From the human T2T-CHM13v2.0 reference genome, Homo sapiens, in NCBI RefSeq assembly GCF_009914755.1, contig NC_060942.1: a stretch of DNA of 64,000 nt, one strand, 5' to 3'. Below the pieces are notes generated by a model, which did not search any database, was not told the DNA's origin, and worked only from the letters and a program-made list of their open reading frames with translations. Both the position numbers and the translations under genes were made by a program. Positions 40,367 to 54,559 of the stretch are shown here, one piece after another; positions within the stretch are counted from its first letter, which is position 1; every line of letters starts with the position of its first letter.

Positions 40367-41954
40367 CATTTTTTCTAGATTTTTATTTTAGCAAGTCACA
40401 ACAGAACACTATTTTCTGGTTTTAACTTTGATGCAATGGCATTAATTATTTATTCTGCAATTATGGAGCACTGGATACATACTAGACATCATATTTGTCA
40501 CTGGTGTACTAAGATAAATGGGTCGCCATCTTGCACTCGTAAAATTTACAAGGTAACGAGGGATACAGAGATAGGCTGCTAGGAATAAGTTTTCCTACAT
40601 TGATCTGAACAGCTATCAAATCCATTTTTATCAAGTATCTTGGTTTTTAGAGTTAAACGGGTCCTCAAAACTCATTCTTTCATCTTTTTAAAAAAAGGAA
40701 AACTAGGTTGAAGCAGATTATAATTTGCCCAAGTGTCCTTATTACCCCAGAACTGGAAATAAATATCCACCTTCAAGTCTAAAGCTTTTTCTGTTGATAA
40801 AATCTTAGAGGCACACTATTTATTATACAGAACCAAACATTAAATGGTTTTTGGTTAGCAGCGAAGCCAACTCCTGAGAATGATTATCTCATTTTTATAT
40901 AAAATATGACATTAAATAAACATGAACAAAATTAATATTACATAATTTTGATGTAATATAATTTTATTTTATCATTTTTGTATTTACTAATTCACTAAAA
41001 TACATTAAAATAATTTTTAAGTAATTTATTCTATATGGGTTTTACCTTAATTATATATATTTGTACTTAATTAATTTGTTTTATACCTCCCAAAAAATGG
41101 TTAAAAAAAAAGACACATTTGAAGGTTACATCACGCATTTAGATAAGGAGTAGAAAAGTAGTTAAACTCAAATGTGCTTACATTTGTATCAATAATTATA
41201 AAAATATTTAACCTGCAGCACAGAAGTTAAGGATATGTTACCTGCTTTAAAGATTAGAGCTTCAAAAATGGGCTCATATCATATTACAGAGCTTTTTTTC
41301 CCACTTGATATATTGAATACTACTACTAAATAATAGTTCTTTTGTTTCTATGGTTTTTATGACCAGAGCTTGTGTATTGAGAGTTTGGTATTTTTGTTTC
41401 AATCTATAGCTGTTAAAAGCCACAGAATATGTAGTACCAAGGGAAATCGCAGGAGACAAAAGCTTCTTGATCAATATAAAATGACTACCAGCCTAGACCA
41501 TCCAGGCTGTCAGTGTATAGTTTTAATGAAGTGAATATCTAGCAAAATGATACTTTACTTTTAATATCACCACCTATTTGAAATATGTATGTCTACGTCC
41601 AAAGAAAGAACTAACAGAGAAGACCTGAATTGAGTTTCCCAAGTAGAGGTTAAATTATTCTTTTAGTAGCAAAGCACAGTCCAGCATCAATTATAGAAAA
41701 AATTCTTTCCTACATAAAAAATGCTCACAGATGTAAAAATATGAAACTAATGTTGTTTCCTCTCTTTCCTGAACAGAACAATACACTTAAAAAATATAAA
41801 GCTCATGATTCACATGAAACATTTTCTAGTGCTGGACAGCAAGTTGGACGGCACCTAATGTCAGGAATTCATTGATTCCTTAGGAAGTACTCTCTGTTAT
41901 AGTCAATAATAGTACCAAAAATTGAAGGTTTAAAAATTTTTCATTCTTTACTCA

Positions 41955-42400
41955 CCAGTAACTACTTACTGCATACCCATCTATATGCCAGGCACATTTC
42001 CTTTATAGTGAATGTAGGCACTATTCGCTTAATACTGAATATAAGGAAATTGAGACTAACTCCAGAGTGGTTAAATGAATTCTTTAAGGAGATAAAGCAA
42101 GTAAGTGACAAAAAGATGTTCTTTCTCACTCTGAAATCTGATGTCTTTCCTTATGTTTGTTTGCCCAGGCAATTTGAGGTGGTAATCCATTTCACTATTG
42201 TATGACAAGGAAATCGGTTCTAGGCCTGTCTCCGCCACTATCCAGCTGGGTGACATTAGGGCTGATTACTTAACCTCTTTGAGCCTTAGTTTCCACATTT
42301 ACTCTGAATCATATAGGTAGATCTCAGAAAAAAGTCAATTTAACAGAGATTATAGGAAGGCAATTTTTAATTAATGTAACATGTCATTTAAATGTGTAAA
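41955..42400. mobile_element. Two MIR fragments (minus ~41955-42120, plus ~42205-42400)
   Basis: ataaggaaattgagact... and ccagctgggtgacattagggctgattacttaacctctttgagccttagtttcc. Confidence 0.65.
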
Positions 42401-42476
42401 GAGAATTTATCATCATGTTCATAGAATATATGTGATTATTTTCAGACTATTATTTTATAAACCATAAACCATTTAG

Positions 42477-42631
42477 AAAGAAAAAAAGGTCACCATTAAA
42501 CTAAACTATGACCAAGTCACTTTCTTTCTGTGATATAAATTCCTTGATGAGTACAAAGAAAAAGGTGTCACCATTAAACTAAACTGTGACCAAGTCACTT
42601 TCTTTCTTTGATATAAATTCCTTGATGAGTA
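42477..42631. repeat. 78-bp tandem duplication
   Basis: gtcaccattaaactaaact(a/g)tgaccaagtcactttctttct(g/t)tgatataaattccttgatgagta twice. Confidence 0.95.
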
Positions 42632-42897
42632 GCAACACGATATGGAGCACCATCAAGATTGCGGGCAGGGCATTCTGTGAGTTCACAGGTGGTGGTGCAG
42701 GCAGGGAAGGCAAATTCATATGCAGAATACCTGTTCGTCCCAGTGAGGACAAGTCTGCCTGCTTCATAATGTGAAAGGTCAATGTATTCAGCTACCTACA
42801 GGTGGCTGGCAGGTCCCACAAGCAATGGTGCCATCTTAGGGGCTCAATGTTAGTATCTGTTTTGGCAGATTAGACACTCAGCAGTAACAACAGCCAA

Positions 42898-42979
42898 ATC
42901 AGACAACAAAGGGATGCCATGTTGTAGACTTCATACATATCAGACAACAAAGGGATGCCATGTTGTAGACTTCATACAT
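42898..42979. repeat. Perfect 41-bp tandem duplication
   Basis: atcagacaacaaagggatgccatgttgtagacttcatacat x2. Confidence 0.97.
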
Positions 42980-43299
42980 AGCCTTCATTGCTGCCACCAT
43001 AGCCACTATGTCCATGGGCCCATTGAGCAAGCACTGGGGTGGCTGATGAAAGAGGCTAACTGACATCCTCTGAGTCCTTCATTTTGTCCTTCTAATTAGC
43101 AGGCCCCTCCTTAGTAAGATGCCCTTTTGTGGTATTCACATGAGACATACCTATCTTCATAGTCTGTGCCAACTCCAAGCAATCCAGCTACATGCCTCTC
43201 CCCCAGACTTCCTTTTCACCCATTTCACAATCCTGTTTCTTCCAAGCCACTGACCATTCAACCAGACCTAGCAACTGCCCTCAAACTGTTGCAGACACA

Positions 43300-43730
43300 C
43301 AGTTGACCCTTTAACAACACAGGAGTTAAGGGCAGAGACACTAATGAAGTCGAAAATGCATGTATAACATTTGGCTTTCCAAAAACTTAACTATTAATAG
43401 CCTACTATTGATGGAAAGCCTTATCATTAACATAAACAATCAATTAACACATATTTTGTGTGTTACATGTATTATATACTGTGTCCTGACAATAAAGGAA
43501 GCTAGAGAAAAGAAAATGTTATTAAGAAAATCATAAGGAAGATAAAATATATTTACCATTTACTAAATGGAAGTGAACCATCATGAAGATCTTTATTCTC
43601 ATTATCTTCACATTGAATAAGCTGAGGAGGAGGAAAAGGATTGTTTTTGCTGTCTCAGCAGTGGCAGAGAAGAAAATCCTTGTACAAGTGGACTTGCACA
43701 CTTAAACCTTTGTTGCTTAAGGGTCAACAG
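43300..43730. mobile_element. Tigger2a (TcMar-Tigger)
   Basis: Terminal inverted repeats cagttgaccctttaacaac / ttgcttaagggtcaacag; TA on the right flank; ~430 bp. Confidence 0.9.
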
Positions 43731-43925
43731 TATACTTCTGGCAACTCACTTCAAACTAAGCATCCAAAATTTTGCCCACAGGGAAAATTTTCCTTCACTG
43801 CTTTCCTTCACGATCACCTCTGAGTGGGGCTAAAACGCTGCAGTCATCCTCTTTCAGTTGACATCAGCATTTCTTGCAGACCTACCTATCTGAAGCTAAG
43901 CTTTGAATTTTTTCTTCTTTAGTCA

Positions 43926-44326
<401 letters not shown>

Positions 44327-44559
44327 TCACCCACTCACAACTTATTTGTACTTTCTATACCTGCCTAAGTCAATTGCCTCTTATGCCCTTTCCGCTTAGT
44401 GATAAATCACTAATGCTTATACCCATGTGTATGGCTTGCTAGATAAAATGATATCCACTTCATTACAGGAAACTTAGGCTTCATGATCAACTGGTATCGC
44501 ATAAACACTCACTCTCTAGCAAGACCTGAGTAGCTTGCAGAAAGCCTGGAAGGAAACAG

Positions 44560-47500
44560 CACAAGGCCCAATAGTAAAACCCAAGAACTTGAAACTGATA
44601 CTAAATATGTGTAATGTTTTAAAGGAATAAACATAACAAGGAAATGAAGGAAGGACATATTTAAAAAAAAATAATTCCCAGAGCTAAAAAAAAAAAAAAC
44701 AATTATCTAAAGTGAAAAATCCACAAAATGGACTTAGCTGAAGTTTAGATCTGGCTGAATAAATGAATGACTGGTTAACTTAAAGACACTACAATAGAAA
44801 TGATCCAAACTAAAGCATTCAGAGAAATACAGTTGTTTTCTTTAAAAAAAGGAAAGCCTTAAGAAAATGAAAATGTGTGAGGCACTATCAAGCAATCCAA
44901 AATCTGTTTAATTGGAGATCTAGAAAGGGAAAGAGTAGATAGAAAGTACATTTTAAAAAATAATTGCCAAAAAACTTCAAATTTGATGAAAACTTAAACC
45001 TGAATTCCAAAAATCTGAACAAACCCTAAGCAAAAACAAAAAAGAAACACAACTCAACATACATGATAATTAAAAGGGGGAAAAAAAACTAACAAATGAC
45101 TGTGATAAAGGAAAAAAAAAAATCTGAAAAACTGCCAGAGGAAAAAGAATACATTACAAATAGGGGAATATAGATACTACTACCACAAACAGAAATATCA
45201 CAACAAAAACAAGTTTAAAATATAGGAAAAATATCATGAAAACTTTAATTATTAGAATGATGCTATATTAATATCAGACATAGAAAAATTTAGCACAGGA
45301 AATATTATCAGAGATTAGGAAAAATGTATATGTCATAATGATAAAGGGGTAAACCCATCAAAGACATAACAACCCTTCTAACTAAGAATGTAGCTAATAG
45401 CAGAGCTCCAAACTACATAGAACAAAAGCCAATAGATGTGGAAGATCAATTAGACAAGCCCACACTTAACGTAAGGGATTTCAATTATTTCTTTTTTTAA
45501 TAATTGATTGAACAAGTAAATATTGAACAAGTAAAGAGGAATCAGCATGGATAGAGAAGAACTTAAAGCTGTCAATCAATTCAACCTAACTGAAATTAAT
45601 AAAGTATATCCAGCAGTGGCAGAATTCTTTTTTTCTTCAAATTCATAAGAAACATTCACCAAATCAGACCAAGACATTATAAGAATTTGGAGTTGCAGAT
45701 GATAAAGAAAAATGTATAACTTTAATTACTAATTTTAGAAAAGAAGAATGTTTTCAAATCAATTCCAATCAGTACAGTAAGGCCAGATGAAATGAAAGTA
45801 TCTAGATTTAAACAGAAGTAAAACTGTCTTATTTTGCAGATTACATAATTATGTGTGTAGAAAATCTGAAAGCACCTACAAGACCACTACTAGAATTAAT
45901 AAAGCAAACTTAATAAGGGCACATGATAAAAGATTAATATACAAAAATTATTTCAGTATTACTAGTAATAATCAATTAGAAAATGAAATATGGACAAACA
46001 GCTTGCAATAGTATAAATATATATAAAATAGTTTGAGAGAAATGCAAGATAAGTGCTTAAGATCGACAGAACATTGCTCAGAAAAATAAAGTAGTTCTAC
46101 AAAATGTAGACAGGCATGTATATACTTTGAAACATTCAATTTTTTTTCAAGCCGAGCTATAGATTCAGTGCAATTCTAATCAAAATGTCGTGTTTTCCAC
46201 AGAGATCAACAAATTAATTCTAAAATTTAAACTGAAATGCAAAAGATATAAAATAGCAAAGTAAATTTTAGAAAGGAGAAATAAAATTTGACCCCACTTT
46301 AATTTTTTTTTTTATTTCCAACCTTTATTTTAAGTCCAGGGGTACATGAGCAGGATGTGCAGGTTTGTTACCCAGGTAAACGTGTGCCATAGTGGTTTGC
46401 CACACAGATCATCCCATCACCCAGGTATTAATCCCAGCATCCACTAGCTATTTTTCCTGATCCTCTGCATCCTCCCAGCCCGCAACCTCTGACAGGCTCC
46501 AGTGTGTGTTGTTCCCCTACACCATGTATCCATGTGTTCCCGTCATTTAGTTCCCACTTATAAGTGAGAGCATATGGTATTTGGTTTTCTGTTCCTGTAC
46601 TAGTATGCTAAGGATAATGGTCTCCAGCTCCATCCATGCCCCTGCAAAGGATATGATCTCATTCCTTTTTATGGCTGCATAGGATTTTATGTTGTATATG
46701 TACCACATTTTCTTTATCCAGTCTAGTTGGTGAGCATTTAGATTGACTCCATGTCTTTGCTGTCATGAATAGTGCTGCAGTGAACATATGCATGTATGTG
46801 TCTTTATAATAGAATGTTTATATTCCTTTGAGTATATATCCAGTAATGACATTGCTGGGTAAGAATGGTATTTCTCTCTCTAGGTCTTTGAGGAATTGTC
46901 ATACTGTCTTACACAATGGTTGAACGAATTTACACTCCCACCAACAGTGTAAAGGCATTCCTATTCCTATTGTTGTTTCCTACCTTTTTAACAATCGCCA
47001 TTCTGACTGATGTGAGACGGGATCTCATTGTGGTTTTTATTTGCATTTCTCTAATGATCCGTGATGTCAAGCTTTTTAAAATACGCTTGTTGGCTGCATG
47101 TATTGGACTCCACTTTTAATGATACATTTAAAATTGGTGTAATCAAGACTGCACAGTGTTTCTAAAAGGATAAGTGTATAAATCAATAGAACACTATAAT
47201 GAGACCACAAATAGACATGTACGGTCAATTGATTTACTATAAAGTTATCAATGCCTTTTTGGAGTTGGGAAATAATAGTCTTTTCAACAAATAGTGATCC
47301 ATATAGAGAACAATAAACATTGACCCTCATCTAACTACATACACAAAAATTAACTCAAAATAAATCATACACCTAACACAAAAGCTAAAATCCATAACTT
47401 TTAAAAGAACACCTAGGAAAAAAATCTTTCAATCTTACAGTAAGCAAAGGTTTCTTACCTAGGTAACAAGGACGAAAATCTCCAAAATGATTGATAAAAT

Positions 47501-48270
47501 TAACTGAATCTAATTTGTTAGAAGCTATTCCTCAAAGTACACCAAAAAGAAAATGGAAATGCAAGTTAGGATGTAAATATCCTGTGTATACATTTGTATT
47601 TTATGGTCATTAGATTAACAGAAAATAAGCATAGAATAAATAAAATTTCCAAAGACAATAGTCAGTTCCATAATAAAAACTAATAAAATTTACGAATCTC
47701 TGGTGTGTCTTGAGAGAGCAAGAAAGAGAGAAAGAGAAGAAGCAGAGAGAAAACAAATGAACATTATTAAGCAATAAAAGGAATATAACTCATACATAAA
47801 CACACTAATAACATTGAAGTAGAATTTGTAAACATTTTATAACAATAAAATTGAAAACTTAGATGAAATAAATATCTATATATTCTAGTTTTGAAAATAC
47901 ATAACTTCAAAAGTCATGGATATTATGAAAGAGAAAACCTGAATAATTCCAACTTACACAAATATTATCCCAGTGCGTGGAAAAGACTCTACATGTCGTT
48001 TTTCAGTATAGAATAATCTTAATACCAAAATCTTTCTCTTAATGTACAGACACTAAGAAAAAGGAAAGTTGCTTTTCAACCTCACTCACAAGCATAGATG
48101 AAAAATTCTAACAACTGTATAAATTAGCAAACAAATCCAACAATATGTAAGCCAATAATACCTCTTGACTCAAGGATATAAGAACAGGTCAACACCAGAA
48201 ATTCTATTAATGTACTTCATTCCATTTACATATTTTAAAAAGGAAGGAATATTACATCATTTGTAATTAA
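44560..48270 (+). mobile_element. Old L1M ORF1/ORF2 remnants (several pieces)
   Basis: A-rich degenerate L1 ORF1 and ORF2 motifs; interrupted by an L1PA at 46303-47102. Confidence 0.75.
46303..47102 (-). mobile_element. L1PA13-15-like 3' end
   Basis: poly(T), ggggtacatgagcaggatgtgcaggtttgttac...cagatcatcccatcacccagg; degenerate TSD tttgaccccacttt / ttggactccacttt. Confidence 0.9.
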
Positions 48271-49808
48271 AAACTCCTTTTTATAAATTTTATTGTATAA
48301 ATTTAAGGTATACAATGTGATGTTATGAGATACATATAGATAATAAAAAATGGTTACTAGAGTGAAGCAAATTAACATATCCATCATTTCACATGGTAAC
48401 CTTTTTTCTATAGAAAAAGCAGCTAAAATCTATTCATTTAGCAAAAATCCCAAATGCAATATAATGTTACTAACCATAGTTCTTGTACATTAGGTCTCTA
48501 GACTTGTCCCTCCCTACATATCTGCTATTTTGCATTATTTTCCTGCCCCGACCACACCCCCTGGTAACCACTGCTTTATTTTCTATCTCTGGACATTTAA
48601 ATTTTTTTTTTAAGGTTCTACATATAAGTGAACTTGTAATATATTTCTTTCTGTGTCTGGCTGATTTTGGTTAACACAATGTCCTCCAGGTTCATTCATG
48701 GCAAATGGCAGGATTTCAATTTTAAGGCTGAATAATGCTCCATTGTGTGTGTTATGTGTGTGTTGTGTGTGTGTGTGTATCACAGTTTTTTTTTTTTTAT
48801 TTATTTGACCATTGATAGACACTCAGGTTGTTTCCATATCTTGGCTATTATGACTACTGTTGCAATGAACATAGAAGTGCAGATATCTTTAGAAGGTTGT
48901 GATTTCCTTTCCTTTGGGTGTATATCCAGCAGAACGATTGCTGGCTCATATGGTTGTTCTACTTTTAATTTCTTTAGAAGCCTCTTGATACTGTTTGGAT
49001 GTATGTGCTCTCCAAATCCCATGTTGAAATTTGATCTCCAATGTTGGAGTTGGGGCCTGGTGAGAGGTGTTTGGGTCATCGGAGTAGATTCCTCATGAAT
49101 GGCTTGGTGCTGTCCTCACAGGAATGAGTGAGTTCTCATTCTATTAGTTACCACCAGATTTAATTGTTAAAAAGAGCCTGGCACCTCCCCCAGCTCTCTT
49201 GCTCTTTCTCTTACCATGTGACATGCCTGCTCCCCCTTTGCCTTCTGCCATGAGTAAAAGCTTCTTGAAGCCTCACCAGAAGCCAAGCAGACGCTGGTGC
49301 CATGCTTCTTGTACAGCATGAACTGTGAGCCCAATAAACCTCCTTTCTTTATAAATTACCCAGCCTCAGATATTTCTTTACAGCGATAAAAAATGGACTA
49401 ATACAGAAAATTGGTACTGGGAGTGGGGCATTAATGTAAAGATACCTGAAAATGTGGAAAGGCTTTGGAACTGCATAATAGGCAGAGATTGAAAGAGTTA
49501 GGAGGCCTCAAAGGAAGAAAGGAAGATGAGGGAAATTTTGGAACTCCTTAGAAACTTGTTAAGTGGTTGTGACCAAAATACTGACACAAATATAGATAGT
49601 GAAGGTCAGGCTGAAGAGGTGTCAGATGGAAATAAGGAACTTATTGGGAACTGGAGCAAAGGTTATCCTTGTTATACCCTAGCAAAGAACTTGGCTGCAT
49701 TGTGTTCATGTCCTAGGGCTCTGTGGCAGGTTGAACTTAAGAATAATGACCTAGGGTATCCGGTGGAAAAAATTTCTAAGTGGCAAAACATTCAAGAAAT
49801 GGCACGGC

Positions 49809-49886
49809 CAGTGAGCCGAGAGCGCGCCACTGCACTCCAGCCTGGGTGACAGAGCAAGACTCCATCTCAAAAAAAAAAAAAAAAAA
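49809..49886 (+). mobile_element. Severely 5'-truncated Alu
   Basis: Last ~60 nt of Alu plus A-tail; 15-bp TSD aagaaatggca(c/t)ggc at 49794-49808 and 49885-49899. Confidence 0.93.
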
Positions 49887-50991
49887 GAAATGGCATGGCT
49901 GCTTCTAACAGTCTGTAATCAGATATGGTAGCAAAGGAGGGACTTAAAGTTGGAACTTCAAATTAAATGGGAAGCAGAGCCTAAACATTTGGAAAATTAC
50001 CGATGTGGCTGTGTGGTAGAAAAGGAAAGAGCATTTTCAGAAGAGGAACACAAGTGGGCTGTGCTGTGGAGCAAGCACTTGCTACAGAGATTAGCATGAC
50101 TGAAAGGCAGCCAGGTACTAACAGCCAAGACAATGAGAAAGAGGCCTCAAAAGCATTTCAGAAGTCTTCAAGATAGCCCTTCCCATCGCAGGCCAAGGGG
50201 CCTAGGAGAATGGAATGGATCTGGGGACCAGGCCCAAGGCCCCACTGTCCTGTGCCTCTTCAGGATGTTCCCTGCATCTTGGCTGCTACAGCTACAGCCA
50301 CAGCTCAAATGGCCACCAGTACTGCCTGGGGGTACCACTAAGCCTTGGCTGCTTCCATATGGTGTTAAGCCTACAGATACACAGACTGTACAAGTGAAGG
50401 AGGCTTCACAACTTCTACCTAGATTTCAGAGGACGTATGGGAAAGCCTCAGTGGCTACACAGAAACCTTCCACAATGGCAGAGCCCCAACAGAGAGCCTC
50501 TACTAGGGCAGTGCCAAGGGAAAGTGTGGAATTAGAGTCTCCACACAGAATACCCACAGGGAAACCTCCTATTGAAGCTGTGGGAATGGTGCTGCTGTCC
50601 TCCCAGATCCCAGAATGGTAGAGTCACGGGCAACTTGCCCCCCTCAGCCTGGAAAAGCTGCAGGCACCAGACCCCAACTCATAAATGCAGCCATGTGTGC
50701 TGAACCCAGCAAAGCCATGGGGGCAGGGCTATCTGAGGTCTCAGGAGCCCGCCCCTCACACCAGGATGCAGAACATGGAGCCAAGAAAGATTGTTTTGTA
50801 GCTTTAAGGTTTAATTTCTGCCCTGTTGGGTTTCAAACTTGCATGGGAACTATCGCCCCTTTCTTTTGGCTGATATCTTTCTTTTGGAATGAGAACGTTT
50901 ACCCAATACCCGTACCACCATTGTACCTTAGAAGTAAATAACTTGTTTTTAGTTTTACAGGCTTATAGGTGGAAGGAACTTGCCTTGAGTC

Positions 50992-51750
50992 TGTCAATGA
51001 AAAGAGTCAAACTGTAAAATATTTGAAGAGATTTATTCTGAGCCAAATATGAGCGACCATGGTCTGTGACACAGCCCTCAGGAGTTCCTGAGAATATGTG
51101 CTCAAGGTGGTTGGGGTGCAGCTTGGTTCTATATATTTTAGGAAGGCATGAGACATCAATCAAATACATTCAAGAAATACATTGGTTTGGTTTAGAAAGG
51201 TGGGACAACTCAAAGCAGGGGCTTCCAGCCTATAGGTAAATATAAACATTTTCTGGTTCACAATTGGTTGAGTTTCTCTAAAGACCTGGGGTCAGTAGAA
51301 AAGAATATTCAGGTTTAAGATCAAGGATTGTGGAGACAAAGTTTTATTGTGCAGAGGAAGCTCTTAGATAGCAGACTTTAAAGAGAGCAGGTTGTAAATT
51401 GTTTTTTATTGCACTTAAAAGGATGCCTGGCTCTTAGTTGATTATCTCCCGTATCTGGGAAGGAAGGAAGAAAAAGGGACAAGGAGGTTCTGTATAGAAT
51501 GTGGATTTTTTCCCACAAGAGACTTTGCAGGGCAATTTCAAGATATGGCAAGGAAATATATTTTGGGGTTAAATTTTTTTTTCCTTGTCTCATAATGTTA
51601 TTCCAGAGTCAGGTTGAAAAGTAAGTCACAATATATAGGGTCAAATAAAACCCATCTGATGAGAATGTGTGGCTTGTAGGGCATGACTCCCTAGACCTAT
51701 TCCTAATGGTAGAAATTTGTGTAAGATAAAAAATCAGAGCTTAGTCCTCA
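50992..51750 (-). mobile_element. MER4E-like solo LTR inserted in MST-int
   Basis: tgtcaatgaaaagagtcaaac...cagagcttagtcctca; 4-bp TSD agtc on both sides. Confidence 0.92.
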
Positions 51751-52729
51751 AGTCTTAAATGAGACTTTGGACTTTGGACTTTTGAGTTGATGCTGGAAGG
51801 AGTTAAGACATTGGAGGACTATTGGGAAGGGATGATTGTATTTTGAATGTGAAAAGCACATGAGATTGGGGGGTCAGGGGTAAACTGATATGATTTGAAT
51901 GTGTGTCTCCTCCAAATCTCATGTTAAAATTCGATCTCAAATGTTGGAGTTGGGCATAGCAAGAAGCGTTTGGGTCATGGTGGTGGATCCTTCATGAATG
52001 GTTTGTTGCTGTCCTCACAGTAATAAGTGAGTTCTCACTCCATTAGTCACCATGAGATCTGATTGTTAAAAAGATCCTGCCATCTCTGCCCTCATCTTGC
52101 TCCCTCTCTCACTATGTGACACAGTTACTCCCCCCTTGCCTTCTGCATAAGTAAAAGCTTCCTGAGGCCTTACCAGGAGCCAAGCAGATGCTGATGCCAT
52201 GCTTCTTGGACAGCTTGCAGAACCTGCCACCAAATAAACCTCTCTTCTTTATAAATTACCCAGCCTCAGGTATTCTTTACAGCAACACAAAATGAACTAA
52301 CATAATTCCATACTGTTTTCCATAATCACTGCACCAATCTACACTCCCACTAACAGTGTACAATAGTTTTTTTTACTTTATACCCTCAACCAGTACTTAT
52401 CTATTGTCTTTTTGATTATAGTCAACCTAATGGGTGAGAGGCAATATCTCATTGTGGTTTTAATTGCATTTTCCTGATGATTTGTGAGGTGGTACATTTT
52501 TTAATATATTTGTGGGCCATTTTTATGTCTTCTTCAGAGAAATGTCTATTCAGGTCCTTTGTTCCTTCATTTTTTAATCATTTGTTTGTTCATTTTTTTT
52601 TCAGTTGTAAGAGTTCTTTATAAATGTTAGATATTAATCCCTTATCAGATGTATGGCTTGCAAATATTTTTTCCCAATCAGTAGGTTGGCTTTTCATTGT
52701 GTTGATTGCTTCTTTTGCTGTACAATATA

Positions 52730-53860
52730 GTAAAAATTCTTAGGAAAGCAGCAATGGAACGTAAGAGGCTTATGCTGATAAAAAATAACTATACAAAACC
52801 TAAAATATACATTTTATTTAAGGGTGCAAAATTCAAAAGAATTTTTTTAATTTAAGGAACAAGGCAAGTAGATGAACTATCACAGGTTCTAATAAATATT
52901 ATACTGGGGATCCCGGTAGCACATGAAGACCAAAAAAGAAATAAACATTACAAAATTAGGAAAGGAAAAAATAATAATGTCATTTTCTGCAAAGGAATCT
53001 ACATGAGTCAGGATATCAGACCCAGTATATCCTCAGTCATGTTTAAGTATATGAAATTATCTGGATTAAAATTAATACACAAAAATTAATTGTGTATCTA
53101 TATGCCAAGAATAAAGATTTAGAAAATGAAATTTAAAATTACCATTTATCATAGGTAATATCAGAGACTAAACTACACAGGAATTTGTCAAACAGAAGAT
53201 TTCTAGAATTCTACAGAGAAAATCATAAAACTTTATTGGCAGACATTTAAGAGAGCCTAAATAAAAGGAGAAATATGCCATGTTTATAGATTGCAAGTCT
53301 CAGTATAATAAAGACATCAGTTCTCCGAAAATTGATCTATAGTTTCAATGCCATTCCAATAAAATCCCAACAGAGTGTTTATGAAGCCTGGCAAGCTGAC
53401 TTTAAAATTGATATGGTAGATTAAAGGGCCTAAAATTGCCCCCACAAAAAATTTGCAAAAGAACATAATGAGAATTGCCTTAACATATATCAATAATATC
53501 TATGAAGCTATAATTAAGCTAGTATAGTATAAGCACAAGGATAAACAAATTGGACAATAGAATAAAAACCAAAATCTCAGAAAGAAATCTACCCATAAAG
53601 AATGAAATTTGCTTTATCACATAGCTGGAAATCCAGATCTTTGAAGAAATATCTACTTTTCAATAAATGTGGCAGAAATTAGGAATCTACCATAGAACAA
53701 CACAAAGTTAGGTCCCTGCTTCTTATAATACCTGAAATTCAATTCCAGTGGAATTAAGGTCTAAGTGTGAAAGGCAAAATTATAAAATTTTACAAGACAA
53801 TAGAAGAAAAATTTCTATAACTTTGGGAAAGATTTCTTAAACAAGATACAATAGCATATA
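52730..53860 (+). mobile_element. Old L1M ORF2 remnant (continuation of the piece ending ~48270)
   Basis: aaataaaaggagaaatatgccatgtttatagattg...aaattgatctatagtttcaatgccattccaataaaatcccaacag. Confidence 0.78.
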
Positions 53861-54439
53861 TTGAGGAAGTCACAAAACTTTGAAGCTACAGTTTAGCCAT
53901 ATTAGCCACTTTGAGTTTGAAATATCACAGGATGAGTAGAGGGCATGGAGTAGAGAGGAGGAAAGCAGTGGTTACTCTATGGAGGAAGAGTAGGAGCCAA
54001 AGGCCGAGAGCTTCAATAATTTCTGAAAATAGTAATCAACTCAGATGACAAAAATAAAGAGTGTATGATGGTAGTACGGTTGCAGGGCATAGCCTCAAAA
54101 AAGGCTAAGGTTTTGCTTGAAGGAGGATTAATACCACCTAAGGGCCACAGTGGAATACTGTGAAAATGGCTGCTACTTGGTTCAGTAGTATATGGAATAT
54201 GGAGTTAATATAAGCCCAAAATTGAGAGTGCAGGCCACCCAGGAGGTTGTGCCTTGAGGAACCACAGGGTTTCCTTTCTACCAAAGGGTTGAAAAGCTCA
54301 GAGGAGGATTAAGAAATTAAGTGTATACATTTATAATGAATTGTTTGTTTTAGAGGCTATAGTAATATAAGTTTGGAAGAAAAGCAAAAGTAGGAAGAAG
54401 ATAAGAATAGAAGATGCACGTAACATAAAAATAATTATA

Positions 54440-54559
54440 GGGTGGGTTGCTTGAGCCTAGGAGGTCAAGCGCAGGAGGTGAGCCTTAATCACACCATTAC
54501 ACTCCAGCCTGGGTGACAGAGTGAGACACTGCCTCAAAAAAAAAAAAAAAAAAAAAAAA
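54440..54559 (+). mobile_element. AluJ/FRAM 3' fragment
   Basis: ttgcttgagcctaggaggtcaag...cactccagcctgggtgacagagtgagac + poly(A). Confidence 0.88.

Larger units (their letters stand above)
48986..52304 (+). mobile_element. Full-length MSTB-like MaLR provirus (LTRs 48986-49405 and 51886-52304)
   Basis: Two similar direct LTRs flank MST-int (gaaaattggtactgggagtgggg...gagattggggggtcagggg PPT). Confidence 0.92.
48278..52725 (-). mobile_element. L1MA 3' end split by an MST provirus
   Basis: L1MA 3' UTR/ORF2 at 48278-48985 resumes at 52305 (ccatactgttttccataat). Confidence 0.85.

Noticed and set aside
42477-42979. Direct repeats as a CRISPR-like array
   Set aside because: Only two adjacent copies of each unit, no unique spacers, eukaryotic context, no cas genes.
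49526-50941. 100-160 aa ORFs
   Set aside because: Decayed MaLR (MST-int) internal ORF fragments, broken by an Alu and frameshifts.
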